From positions 21,020,001 to 21,084,000 of the forward strand of contig NW_024704742.1 of assembly GCF_018977255.1 (NCBI RefSeq): a stretch of 64,000 bases of DNA. The letters are read 5' to 3'. The notes below the pieces were generated by a model. The model did no database searches. It had not been told where the DNA came from and was given only the letters and a program-made list of their open reading frames with translations. The DNA is from Callorhinchus milii. Lineage: Eukaryota. Below are positions 1-12,142 of this stretch, one piece after another (position 1 is the stretch's first letter; each line of letters opens with the position of its first letter). The position numbers and the translations under genes were made by a program.

Positions 1-1768
1 TGTGGTTGTGATATTGTTGGGCTTGGGTGTAGGTTGTACATTCATTAAATTATTGCACCCAAGTCATTTCTCCACACAACACATCAAATCTTGGGCTGAA
101 GCAAAGTTGTTCTTAAGAAGTGGGAATATGGTTCTGTAGTGCAACAACAAACAGCAGTCAACCTTTTATTGCTCCTGTTAAGTCCATTCATCAGGTTTGC
201 AATACAGTTTGATCCTGTGCTTTTTGATATGTTGAAAGGTCATGAAACATTTTGGTACAAATTCATAAATGCTCCAATTAATGCACTGTCTGTGCCAGAT
301 AGGGCCGACATTCAATTAAACATAATCCTCTAATCCCCAGACATTTTTAAAAGTTTCGGATCAAACCGAGTTATAGTGTATTAATAATACAAAAGCAAGA
401 CAAAAGCCAACTCTAAGACTCGTGGTAGATTTATAACTGATGGCAGCCAGTTCAGGTTGTAGAGCTATGGGATTAGCTGGCCCAATAATAGACTGAAGTG
501 CAACCCAAAAGGGCCCTCACTGGAGGATTTACAGGGATAACCTGCGTGTTTGGAAAGGGCTAATGTGATTGACAAGTGTGAGTGACTGAATTGCAGTTTA
601 CTCAATAAGAAGGTTACCATTCTACAAGGCCTTGGTAAATTATCCAAGTTAAGTCGTTGAATAAATAAATGTAATCTTTTCTGTATGTGCTGGATTTTCT
701 GGGGAATTCCGCAGAGTAGCACCTTGTGGTGCAGTACTGTGCAGGGATGAAGCCCTTCTCCTTTTTTCTCATGGTTCTTTCCTGATGGTCCATTCGAACA
801 GTCAGCTGGATGCAGCAGCCACATTATTCAATAAGAGAAATAGTTTTTCTGTCAACACATCAGTCACTAGCATGATGATTACCTGACATTAACTGCTAGA
901 TGAAACCTGCCTCTCTGTGGTGCCTGTTCTTATATTTTTATCATTGCATAAAACACGGTACATCCTTTGTCTATAATCATGTGTAAGGCTGATTTTCAGT
1001 GTAACTATGTATGGATTCTAATGTACTCAACACATGCAGTAGATTAAGTTTGATGAAAGGGTTTCCTACAGATAGATTCTAGTTCGTTGACAAATGTTCC
1101 TAGAATCCGCATGAAACAGTGGTCAACTTCAGGTTCAGAACTCTCCACTTTAACAAATAAAAAGTAATAAACACATACCCTAGCTATAATGACGATGGGA
1201 AGTTAGCTGGATCTTAGAAGGTTGATTAGGTCTTGACGCTGAGATGAAAACTGTTTTGTCAGAAACTCCCATGAGAAATGCAAATCCTGCCCTTTATTAT
1301 TCCTGGCAGCAATGGGGTGCCATTCGACCCTTTCAAGAACAGATTCCTCCTTCATTAAACAGAACTTAGACTAGCTTAGACTAACAAGTGATCTCAAAGG
1401 GTAAAACAGCACCTGTCACACCATCAAGACTGGTTCTCTGAGATTAACATTTTCAAACAGGCCCTCACTATAGCAAAACATTTTATCATAAAAGCAGAAA
1501 AATTAAAAAATGCTACAAATTCCTAACAATGACATTGCACGCTATCATTGCAGTGCTGCCTGCACCACGTGTACCATGTCCCACACCACTTTGATATGCC
1601 ACTACTTTGATTCCACAGCTACAGGTTGTTCTGCTGTTCAGGTGCACTTTTGATCCATATTTCTTGCAGGATTCCAAAAAGGTCTGTGTAACTAGTTTTT
1701 CCGGCTGTTTCCTATACTTTGGAAAGGAAGTGATCCACAAGAATGTGTGCGGTAGCAGAGACAGAGCC
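1..1768 (-). other. MARCHF1: Probable MARCHF1 3' UTR (end undetermined); candidate AATAAA signals at 1298-1293 and 170-165
   Basis: Lies directly after the stop codon and lacks the SINE/LINE copies that saturate the introns. The hexamers are visible on the minus strand. Confidence 0.55.
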
Positions 1769-2073
1769 TCAGACGGGTGCCACCTCAGGCACTGCCACTT
1801 CCATCTGGGGAGCCCTTTGTAAGGTTGTTTCTGTCTGTGACACAGGCACAGCTACGCAGTCTCTGTTTTCTGAGTATTGACAGGTTGAAGTGTTCCTGTC
1901 AATCTTCTTGCCAGTGTCTGGGCAGTTCTGTACAAAGATCACCCTGTTATATGCCTTTAGCCTTCGCCACAGTTGAATGTAGACTTTACACTGGACGTAC
2001 ATGAACACGAGACCTCCTGTGAATCCAATGGCTACCACCACCAGCTTTGTCCAGAAGGGCCACTCGAGGACAC
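1769..2073 (-). CDS. MARCHF1: MARCHF1 last coding exon: TM2 and cytoplasmic tail, stop TGA at 1771-1769
   Basis: Acceptor ttaacag|GT. Translates to [52 protein letters not shown]...PEVAPV*. YxxL/YxxV and VQNC motifs are present. The five core exons sum to 765 nt, in frame. Confidence 0.98.
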
Positions 2074-4027
2074 CTGTTAAAATTCAAAAGTTACTCCTGG
2101 TTATTCATTTCATTGCAGTCACCTTTCCATTCTCTTAATAATAATAATAATCATCCTTGTATTTGATATAGCGCCTTATCGAGACTTCTAGACGTCTCAA
2201 AGCACCTCGCAGAATATACTACAAAATGAATTGACTGTATATTTTGTAGGTAAAACGCGGCAGACAATTGCACACAGCTGTGTTCCACAAACAGTCATGG
2301 ACTAAGTGATTAAATTATTATTGATGTCACCTCACTGGGAGTGACTTTGTGACACTTTGTAATGGATTTGTGAACCGAACTTCCATTTGGAATCCTATTA
2401 TGAAGTGTCGCATGTTTACACATCTATTGCCATCCGTGTGTTTGTTGCTGAGTTTTATTCCAATGGAAAACCAAACATTTTACAGTTTGCTTTTTTTTGC
2501 GGGTACAGTTTGTATGTTAATGTAACTCTCTGTGTCTGCAAGTCAATTACACTTAATGATCCTAATGCAGCCAGTTCAGCTGCGTTCTTGTCACAATAAA
2601 TATGCTTAGAATCAGGGATAGCTGTGCATTTTCTCTGTCCAGTATATCTATAATATCTGTATCTCTGTACGTCTGTCTACAGCTGTGTTTCCAGCAGTGG
2701 ACTGCTACTAATCTATAAAGCAATCAGCTTTCTTTCACTGAAAGAAAATGCTTCGTTCTGGTCTCATTTACGTTTGAATCACATTCATTTATTTCTACAG
2801 AATTTGGTCTTGGAGAGTGCATTCTGAATGCAACATGTTTGCTGGTGTTTGCAAAGAGGAAGACTGAGTGGCAATTCTCTGTGTCTAAAGTGTGGTATTC
2901 ATGGTTGGAAACACTTTGGATTTGACAAGATTCCAATTAGTGTTGCACAGCTGACAGCTCATCCAGTACTACTGCACGTGAGCCGGATGCAATACTCGTT
3001 TCGAAACCCATCACATCTCAGAGATCCACACTTCCATCCAGTCGTAATCTGTAAAACCATTTTCCCTTAAAATTGAACTCTGGAAAATTCTTAAATCCAC
3101 TCCTGCTTTGGAAGCCAATTCTATTGAAGGTCTGCAGAAAACCGGCTTGCGAACCGCAACTGATTTTAAGAATTGTTCCCAAATTCTGCCCAATCTTTTA
3201 CACCCAATGGTTTTTACAGATTAAGAGTACGTGAAATTTCACTTGTCACATCTATCTATCACAATCACAAACTCAGAGGTACTCAGTGTCTCATTAAATA
3301 TAAGATCATCAGCAATGCCCTCCTTAGTGAATGACTGAACTAGAGATCTGAAGTAGATTTAGTTTCAATAATTGGATTTGTTTGTTGTCTAAATTAGCAG
3401 ATGTCACTGACATCCTGAAGCATTGTGTTATTGCTTTTTATGCAGACTGCAAGACCTGGAACTCTATGGAAGATGCTGGGAGTTGCAAACTCTGAATCCT
3501 TGGCATATGGCTTCTCAACCTCCAGGCTTTAATGCTACAAAACATTTACATCAGCTCATATTGCAGGAGCCTGCCAGAGGAAAAGTGTGGACACACTGCT
3601 GCAGCTGTTTTCTATGAGCAAATATACAGGAGTGTTCCTTACTTGTGTTTGAACCCTTTTGAACCTGCATTAATTTGGAACCGTATTAACACATTCATCA
3701 GTCTCTGTTCCATTAGTAATATCCAACCTGCTCCAAAGTAGCTTGTGAGAGATACAATATGTATTTCATTGGGGTTCCTGAAACAACTTCTAAAAGGTTA
3801 TTTCAGAGAAATGCAATCATGTAAGCTTTATGAGGTGAACTTTGTGTTTTTCATAATGTGTTTGATATGATAATTATCATTAGCACCATATAATTATTTA
3901 TATATTATTATGTAACTAATGTAACAGTAAATTGATTTTCTTCCATATTTATACCGCAAAATAAAAAGTAAACAGTCCAAATATTGCCTGAGGCTGAGGG
4001 GAGTGCACAGGATGTTCACAAAGTCCT

Positions 4028-4330
4028 CGCAGCAGATCAGGCAGCATCCATGGAGAGAGGAAAATGAGTTAACGTTTCAGGTCTATGACCTTTCGTCAGA
4101 ACTGGGGAATCAAGGAATCATTTTTAGATGGAGGAACAGAAGATGATGAGGTAGAGATCTAAAAACGTTTCCTTTGTCTTTCTTTCCCCGCCCCCTTCTC
4201 TGCTTGTCCTTATAATCTGCTCCCTTCCAAATCCCCCAGTTCCGACGAAAGGTCATAGATCTGAAACGATAACTCATTTTCCTCTCTCCATGCATGCTGC
4301 CTGACCTGCTGCGTGTTCTCAGCGACTTCT
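4028..4330. mobile_element. Palindromic Penelope-like-element terminal repeat derivative with hammerhead ribozyme motifs
   Basis: About 80-bp inverted arms at 4028-4108 and 4233-4313. Each arm has a C(T/C)GACGA-a-aggtc-ata-ga(c/t)ct-GAAAC core followed by ...atgctgcctgacctgctg. Confidence 0.7.
4067..4103 (-). ncRNA. Putative minimal type I hammerhead ribozyme motif
   Basis: Minus strand reads AGUU-CUGACGA-A-AGGUC-AUA-GACCU-GAAA-CG-UU-AACU: core boxes, stem II, a 4-bp stem I and a palindromic AACGUU in place of stem III. Confidence 0.6.
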
Positions 4331-4670
4331 GTTACTCCCAGGTTTTTTTTCTTACAGTGAATTTTTATTTTTTGTCGCAGATGAGTCGATTGTAACAAAG
4401 TCTGATGCCAGTAACTTCCCCGTCATTCCATCCATGTTATGGGGGATGTCGCACCAAACATGGTGACCGATCATTATCTGCCATGAAAATGATGGGAGCT
4501 CACACCAATACTCTGAACATCTAAAAACAGTTAAACACATGTATACTGAATACAATTATTTACTTCTAATTACAATTATCTTCATTCTTCCACTTGTTTC
4601 AGTTGTTGGTCAGTGCATGATAGAAAAAAAACATGGGGTAACAGGACTTTGTGAGCAACTGGATTCTTAC

Positions 4671-4818
4671 CGTTGTCATTACCCTGTTTGATCTCTTCTG
4701 CCGTTCGGTCGATCAGGACGTACAGAGACCACACAACACAAGTGATGGCGATGATGTGGAAGGTGACAGAGCAGAAAATCTTCCTCCTTTCACTCGTTGT
4801 CATTTGCAGCTTTTCCCA
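4671..4818 (-). CDS. MARCHF1: MARCHF1 exon encoding TM1 and the luminal loop (148 nt, phase 0-1)
   Basis: Acceptor cttccag|TGG and donor AACG|gtaaga. Translates to [49 protein letters not shown](G). QGNDNG is MARCH1-type rather than MARCH8-type. Confidence 0.98.
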
Positions 4819-5184
4819 CTGGAAGTAGACAGACCGAAAGACAGTGAGAGAGAGAAAGAGACATAGAGAGAATTAGTTTATGGTTCTGAGTAACCTTGAG
4901 ACCAAGTGGTGCTGAATGTCAAAGTGACTGACAGATGAGTTAATTGTATCAGTGAAATTTGAAGTAAGGAGCTTTAGTGATCGTCAATGAAACATCAGAC
5001 AGGAAGCCAATGAATGACACAAAATCGTTACAGGATTTGCCGGCAATTGTCGTGCTGGTTAATGAACCTAAATAGATAACATAGGCTTTGGTGGTGTTTG
5101 CCATTTTAGAATGAAGAGGTTTTTGTGCCCTGTTTAAACTGATCGCTTCGAGTCCAGCACTAGAGCAATGTGCTTCCCAATCTA

Positions 5185-5527
5185 CAGGGTGTCCACTAAA
5201 TCCTCTTAACCGCTGTTAGAAAACAACAATATGAGTCTACGGAGGAGCTGAAACAAGCCATCAGAGGTGCATTTCGCTTCATCACTCCATCCATGTTACA
5301 GAAGATGTGACACCAAACATGGCGACGGATCATTATCTGCCATGAAAATGATGGCGCTCAAATTCACACTGATCCTCTGGACGTCTAAATACAGTTAAAC
5401 ACTTGTACTGAATACAGTGAAGTACTTCTAAATACAATTATCGCCATTCTGCCACATGTTTCAGTTGTTAGTCAGTGCACTGTTGAAAAAAAACATGGGG
5501 ATAACAGGACTTTGTGTTGACTCTCGT
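5185..5527 (+). mobile_element. Non-autonomous Tc1/mariner-superfamily element, copy B, with a transposase C-terminal remnant
   Basis: Starts TA+CAGGGTGTCC and has a matching right TIR. 5221-5388 translates to KQQYESTEELKQAIRGAFRFITPSMLQKM*HQTWRRIIICHENDGAQIHTDPLDV*, like a Tc3-type transposase C-terminus. Confidence 0.8.
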
Positions 5528-5671
5528 GCCCTTGCCTGGACAATGTGGAAGCTATCACCTCAGATCTGGGCTCAGTGTCTATGACAGAAATTGTGTGGTT
5601 TTTGTTAAATCGTTTTGTTGACTTCAGCTCAAGTGCTGAGAGTCGCTAACATTCCGAAGTTCGCTTTACAG

Positions 5672-5892
5672 TCAAGACACCAGAGAAAAACTTCCTTCTC
5701 TTCTCGAGTAATGTCATGGGATCTTTAACGTCCACTTGGAGGCAGAACCTTGGTTTAACGTCTCAGCAAAATGGCAGCACATCCAACGCGACCCCAGCAC
5801 TATACTGGAGTGTCATCTGAGATTATGAGTTCAAAGTCGTGACTTGGGAATGAAGTCCACAACTTTCTGACTCAAGAGTGCTAGCAACTGAC
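5672..5892 (-). mobile_element. Deu-domain SINE (SacSINE1/AmnSINE-like), decayed
   Basis: Reverse strand shows the head ...ctcttgagtcagaaagttgtgg and the Deu core gagacgttaaacc...gtggacgttaaagatcccatgacatta. Confidence 0.7.
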
Positions 5893-6056
5893 TCAAGAGT
5901 GGAAAGAGAGAAGTAGATAGGTATTCGGGGAGGACAGGATTGCAGGGCTATGGAGAGAAAGCGGGCCAGTGGGATTGAGTTGGATTGCTCTTTTAGGAGC
6001 TGGCACAGACGCGATGGGCCAAATGGCCTCTTTCTGTGCTGTACGATTCTATGATT
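5893..6056 (+). mobile_element. CR1 LINE 3' end fragment
   Basis: cagggctatggagagaaagcggg...gatgggccaaatggcctctttctgtgctgtacgattctatgatt, a typical CR1 3' hairpin plus attct tail. Confidence 0.75.
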
Positions 6057-6639
6057 TTGAACCAGGCTGACAATCATCCGAAAAAGGGGAAAGAGCACAA
6101 CATTTCACATAGAGCTCCTATACATTATATGCATTATATTATTATGACTTTACAATATCATTAGGAAGCAATAACCAGTTAAGTATTTTCCAAACACTGC
6201 TCACAATAAAATATACCCAAGTAGCTATAGTCTTTCAGGCATATGAAAGTGCAGCACTGCCATCGTGCGGCATCATGTCAAACTACACATTATACCTTTC
6301 ACTGAACATTTCTGGTATCAGTGGACTGAAGGGAATACAGTACACTTTAGATTTATATCAGGAGCGTGTCTCAAAGTGCTTTACACAGCTGACTGGGCAC
6401 ATGAGCTTGGGGGTGGGGGGATGGGGAGGTGATGAAGGTTTTGAACTTATAAAATTAAATTGATGGCAGAGTATGCATTCTCTGTGGGCTTATCTTGTCA
6501 TTGCCTAGTTGCTGTGAAGCAGGTGGGAGAGTATCTTAATTATTTGTGCGGTGTAACAAGTCCTCGCATTCGTGCACTATATTGAGCCAACATAGCCCTG
6601 TTGGGCTACCACCGATCCCTCTACACCACCATAGCTGGC

Positions 6640-6862
6640 TGTGCCTTCAGCTACTACATCCCCTGATCTGTGGAACTCCTTGCCCCAATCCCTCCCTTGG
6701 TCCCCTCTTTACTTCAAATCCTATCCAAAGACTTTCCTCTTTGACCACAGCTATGGTCACCTCCCACTCCCCTCAGTTTCAGTCACTGTCCAACTCCATC
6801 ACTGTACAGTGCTCCAAGATGCTATCTTGGACGAAGAGCGCTGAATAAATGCAAGTTGTTGT
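6640..6862 (+). mobile_element. L2 LINE 3' end fragment
   Basis: Encodes a LWNSLPQSL...KTFLF remnant and ends aaatgcaagttgttgt. Confidence 0.7.
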
Positions 6863-6865
6863 GGG

Positions 6866-7095
6866 TGAGTCCGCCTATTAGTGTGTTGTATTGAGTCCTA
6901 GTAGTGTGGTGTATCAAGTCCTCTTATTAATCTGGTGAATCGAATCCTCGTATTAGTGTAATGTATTGAGTCCTCTTATTAATGTGGTGTGTCAAATCCT
7001 CCTATTAGTGCAGTGCATCAATCCTATCAGGTTGTGCGTGGAGTACTATGGGTGTCGATTTGAGTCCTCCTATTATTGCAGTGTATTGAACCCTG
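6866..7095. repeat. Degenerate minisatellite, about 26-bp unit (gagtcctcttattagtgtggtgtatt), about 8 copies
   Basis: Head-to-tail units are directly visible, with no unique spacers. Confidence 0.8.
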
Positions 7096-7489
7096 TCTTT
7101 ACTTTTCCATTCCAAATTTGATATTTTGAATAGATCTTGAGTCAATGACGCAGACTTTATAATAATAATATTAATAATAATAATAATCCTTGCATTTGAG
7201 ACGTTGAGACATCTCTAAACGTTTCACAGAATATATCGGAAAGTATAGTGACTGTGTATTTTGTGGGCGAGACGCTGCAGTTTGACCAGTTTCCCTCCAA
7301 ACAACTTGTGGTCGAGCCCGTCTGCAACCAAAAGTCGAGTTGAAGTGACCCTTCTCAGTATTGGCGGCACAAATTATGGTTGAATAAGGAGGAATACAAT
7401 GCCCCTTTGATACTGTATTAGCAACATGGAAACCATTCCCCCTGAGGGTTACAATACACCGGTTATGATTGGCTCGCGCTCGCTCTTGA

Positions 7490-8410
7490 CTGGCTCGCGC
7501 CAGCGCCTTCAGCACCTCAGGCTCTGGCAGCATCAACCTCCATGGTTGCTCACTGCAACTCACCGCCAGTCAGGAACCTAGGTGTCTTGTTCGACCCTCA
7601 ACTGGCTTTTCTTCCCCACATCCAAGCCATGACCTGCTCTGCCTTCCCTCAGCTCCGTAATATCGCCCGACTCCATCACTACCTCACCTCTCAGGCCACT
7701 GAAACTCTTGCTCCTGCCTTCATCACCTCCAGTCTCGACTATGCAAACGCCCTCCTTGTCGGCCTTCCCAAATCCTCCCTCCACAGGCTGCAGATAATAC
7801 AGAACTCTGCAGCCCGTGTCCTCTCCCGCACCAAACTCCGTGACCCCATCTCCCCCACTCTCGCCCAACCCATTGGCTCCCTATCCTTCAGAGGATCCAG
7901 TTCAAGATCCTGATCCTCACATACAAAGCCCTCCATGGCCTCACCCCACTCTACCTCTGCAAACTCCTAACCCCTACCAACCCTCCCGCTTCCTCTGCTC
8001 ATCCGGCTCTGGCCTACTCCACGTCCCCCGACCCACCTGCCCCACCATTGGTGGAAGAGCCTTCAGCCACTCTGCCCGCGACCACTGGAATTCCATCCCC
8101 CAGTCACTTCGCCTCGCCCCCTCCTTAGTCTCCTTCAAGTCCCGCCTCAAAACCCTCCTCTTCAACCATGCCAATGGCCACCCCCCTTCCCCTCCCCTCC
8201 CTTTTACCCCCTGGACCCCAGCTCGGGTCTGAAATGCTGGAATCTGTCCAGTGCCTTGGGACGTCCTCCCGACATGAAAGGCGCTATACAAATGTAATCT
8301 TGTTGTTGTTGTTGTTTATAACCTGGGTTTGGATCCCTGACTGTCCAGCACTTTGGGACTTCCTCCTGACGTGAAAGGCGCTATAGAAATGTAATTTGTT
8401 GTTGTTGTTG
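7490..8410 (+). mobile_element. 5'-truncated L2 LINE (ORF2 C-terminus and 3' UTR) followed by a second tandem 3' tail
   Basis: VRNLGVLFDPQL...SSLDYANALL...LQIIQNSAARVL. Tails gggacgtcctcccgacatgaaaggcgctata...(ttg)n end at about 8315 and again at about 8410. Confidence 0.9.
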
Positions 8411-8557
8411 CTGCAAATTTCTGATTACTTACTTAGAGAAAATCCCTATACAAGTTCATGGCACTATTGTGCTGTAGCATGACTGAGTATGATAACCCTT
8501 GCATCTCACTACAGTTGCTACTGACATTCTGCAGCAAGTCCATAAGAGGAAAGAACT

Positions 8558-8908
8558 GGTAGCTTAGTGCTTAGCGCGCTCGCCTCACAAGCGAGAGGAC
8601 CCGGGTTTGATTCCTGAGCGGGGAGAAACTTTAGGTATGTTTCCTTATACCACATGCCTCTATTTACCTAGCAGTCAGTAGGAACCTGGCTGTTAGTCGA
8701 TTTGTGGACCGCTTTCCGAGGGTAATAAACCCTCAAAAGAAAGTTGGGTCACTCAATCCATGACTGTTTGTGGGACACTGCTGTGCGCAGTTGGCTGCCG
8801 CATTCGCCCATAAAATACAGAGTCAATTCAATTTACAATATATGTGAGGCGCTTTGAGACATCTCAATGATGTGATAAGGTGCTGTATCGAATGCAATGA
8901 TTATTATT
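8558..8908 (+). mobile_element. tRNA-derived SINE, near full length
   Basis: A-box tagcttagtgc, B-box gggtttgattcc, family body and (att)n tail. Confidence 0.85.
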
Positions 8909-9769
8909 GTAATTTGATTATAACTAATGTGGCTGTCAGCAGACTAGATCTCACAACTGGGAACCTCAAAACTATAGGAATATGCCCGTAACATGGTTCA
9001 ACAGTAACAACAAATTGCATTTATATAGCTATATGTATATAGCTATATATTGCACTTTGGGACAACATGGTAGAGTAACTTAATGCACCAAGTATGATAG
9101 AAAAGTATAAAGACTACACAGCATTGTGTTGCAAATAGTCATGAAGTTAATAACTAATGTGTTTGGAGGACAGCTGGCCAAGAAATTGGGCAAAGCTCCC
9201 TTCTCGAATAGTGCTGGGATTGTTACAATCCATCTGAACAAGTTTAATGTCCCCATCTTGAAAGAAGACACCTCCAAGAATACAGTGCTTCTACTGGATC
9301 CGCACTTGAGTGAGGCTAGGCTGTGGGCTACAGGTTCAGTATTTAAAACTTCAACATGGAATGTGAACTCAAAACCTTCTGCTTTAGGGGCAAGATTGAC
9401 TGAGCTAACTAACTGAGCAACATAGTGGCTGTGCCTGGCCTTTGAGAAAGAGCTGTCTCAATTGGATAAGTAGCTTTTTCTCGCTCCATGCACTTTATGT
9501 CCTTTTGAATGGAAAAACGCAACAGGCTGTTACTGTGCGTTCATTCCCTTCATGGCAATGTTAGTATGTGGTGACATAATCATACCCACCACTTGAGGAC
9601 AGTGTTGTCTGCATTTTCTCAGCAGAAACGTGATATTAAAGACACACAGATGTCAGTGGACTCTACAGGGTAACAGATGGTCATAGCTTATAAAATGACA
9701 AAGATTTATTGTAACATCTTAGTAATCAATGTCTGATATGAAACCTGAAGAATATAATAATCGTTACAT

Positions 9770-10225
9770 CTAGTATAGCACCTTGCATGTCGGGAGGATG
9801 TCCCAAAAGCACTTCACAGGATATACTGTAAAGTGGAATGATGGAGTGACTACAGGTGATTTTTCCGTGAACCTGGGAATCGATCTATGCAACAATGTCC
9901 CACTAAACAGCCATAAAGTGAATGACTGAAAGAGGTTGGTCTTGAGATGGACCTTGAACAAGGTGAGGAAAGGACCACATCAGAGGTACTTTGGGATGGA
10001 GTTCCAAACAGCGAGGACAGAATGGCCGAAAGCTCGCCTGCCGATGATGGGGCGTGCGACCTGAAGCCGGTCAAGGTTCACTGAGCGAAGGGAGTGTCCA
10101 CGTCCATAAGGTTTGAGGAGGTCACAGTGGAGGGGTGGGTCAAGACCATGGAGGGATTTGAAGATAAGAAGGAAAGATCTTGAATTCGACTGCTGGGGAA
10201 AGGAAAGTCAATGGAACTGAGTGAG
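9770..10225 (-). mobile_element. L2 LINE 3' fragment
   Basis: Reverse strand has a FKVHLKTNLF remnant and the tail ttgggacatcctcccgacatgcaaggtgctata. Confidence 0.7.
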
Positions 10226-11096
10226 GCTTACAGAGTCTTGTAGGATCACTCTTTCAAAGAGGCAGCACAGACATGATGGACTAAAATGGCCTTCTGTGCT
10301 GTAAAACTTTGTGGTTCTGTGATTCTAAATCAATCCCTGGGAGTCCAGTGGCTTGACATCAGAATCAGAAACACAGTGAAAGATAAGACCCAAAGAAGAT
10401 TAACTGACTTTTATTTAAGAGAAGGAGCTTGCTTTTGGAAGTGCTTTATCACATGAAAACATCTCAAGAGTTCTTTAGAGTAATGACTGGTTTTGATGGC
10501 AAGAGATTTTCCCCTTTAAGTAAATGACCAGGTTCAGCACTGTAAACCAGCACTGCTAATCAACAGATACCAGCGTAATGAGAGAGAATGAAACCCATGC
10601 TGCAAAACTAGTTGAAAGGAAACAGAACTCTCCGCCTGGGAACCTGAGCCACGTATTTTATTAGCAGCAAGTCTGAGCATTTATAATTACATCAACAATT
10701 GATGTGCAGCGCTGGTGGTAAAATATCACCAATGGGCTCTGGGTGGCTCGGCTCCTGTAGCTGATACCTAATGTTCTCTTTCCAAGTGTATATAACATAT
10801 ATTACAACATTTAACTTGACCATCTATTAACAGATTCACATTCGAGCCATAAAGTAGCAACAGTGAGGGAACCGCATTGTTTCCTGGTTGGTGGGTACTG
10901 AAGTTAGCAGACTGTATTTTTTCCAGATCCCCTGCAGGTTACGACACTCTAGTGTTCATTCTCTTCTGCTAAACTAAATCATTCAATTACAGTGCACGCG
11001 ACAGGACACTGTGGGTTTACGAGCCAGTAAACCTGAGTGTCTAGAGAGCCCTTAGGGATGTGACCATTAAGCTGTTCAAAACATTTGTTTTAACCT

Positions 11097-11321
11097 GAGC
11101 AGAAATTCCTCCTGGATAGACACTAACTCTATTCTCTCAGCATTTCAGAACGTCTCGAATTTGCCAAATCAGATTAAATTTGAAGCTGGTTTTCTGTACT
11201 TTTTCAACAACAGGAAAACGACAGAAAACCAGCTACAAAATGAAGACTTGATTGAATTCTGCACGTTTTGAAATGTTAAGAAAATGGAGTAAATTTAGAC
11301 CCAGATGGCACTTCTCCCCCA
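11097..11321. mobile_element. Decayed palindromic MITE
   Basis: Self-complementary core tttgaagctggttttctg...cagaaaaccagctacaaaa. The end agtaaatttagacccag is shared with 24098-24324. Confidence 0.55.
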
Positions 11322-11739
11322 AAGCATCTTGTCATTTTGTCTCAGTTTTGATTGGTGGGATGCAATGAGGTGTATAATAGAAAGCATCCAGTTTGGCTAA
11401 TATGTAGTTCAGGATGAATGGAGCTGTCTCAAGGCTAAGGAATGATAATATTCCCAATAGTGGCAGGCAGACGGGAGAAGCACTGGGGTCAATCTGGTTA
11501 TTAAGTGAGCGAGCTATTGCCTCTCCAGTTTCATGGGAATTGAGAGGATTTTCCTTGAAGAAAATTGTTAAACCTCTTCAGGTGGAAACGTCAGAACAAT
11601 TGGTACAATTTCCAGGAGGGTTTGAACGGAAATAAACTGACCCAGCCAGCCCCACGTGCAAAACCTGTTATGAAACCCCAAAATTACCATTTATTGTTTG
11701 GATCATCTTCCCAATGCCGTTTCTGAAAATCTCCCGAAT

Positions 11740-11910
11740 ACTAATAATAATCCTTGCAGTTGATATAGCACCTTATCGCTTCATTGAGACGTCTGAAAAG
11801 CGCTTCACAAAATATATTGTCAAGTGGAGTGACTGTGTAGCTTGTGGGCGAAAACGGCAGCCAATGGCGCACAGCAATGTCCCACAAACAGTCATGGATT
11901 GAGCGACCAC
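11740..11910 (-). mobile_element. SINE 3' half, about 50 nt from the RING exon donor
   Basis: taataataatccttgcagttgatatagcacc...cagcaatgtcccacaaacagtcatggattga. Similar tail-only copies occur at about 2140, 7160, 14550, 14935, 15810, 22700, 38780, 50350, 51420, 56375 and 59636. Confidence 0.85.
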
Positions 11911-11961
11911 ATTCTTTTTGCTACAAATTACCAAATGGCCTCTGATGTCTGGTGGCTTTAC

Positions 11962-12142
11962 CTTCCGCAGGGGCTTGAGTTTTGTCTCCATTATGAAGTC
12001 GTACTTGCAGAGTTCACAGCAGCGGGTGTCGGAGCTCTTGATCCACTGGTGCAGACAAGCCTGGTGAACAAACCGGAGTGTCCCTGTACAGCGGCAAGGT
12101 GTGATGAGTGGATTCTCCTCATCCCCTTCACAGTGGCAGATC
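11962..12142 (-). CDS. MARCHF1: MARCHF1 RING-CH (C4HC3) exon (181 nt, phase 2-0)
   Basis: Acceptor cttctcag|G ATC and donor AAG|gtaaag. Translates to [60 protein letters not shown]. Confidence 0.98.

Larger units (their letters stand above)
4008..4661 (+). mobile_element. Non-autonomous Tc1/mariner-superfamily DNA transposon, copy A, with its left TIR interrupted by an insertion
   Basis: Left TIR caggatgttcacaaagtcct/gttactcccaggttttttt is the reverse complement of the right end aaaaaaacatggggtaacaggactttgtgagcaactg. The interior is homologous to 5280-5520. Confidence 0.8.

Noticed and set aside
6866..7095. Regularly spaced repeats superficially like a CRISPR array
   Set aside because: Head-to-tail degenerate units without unique spacers, in a vertebrate intron, with no cas genes.
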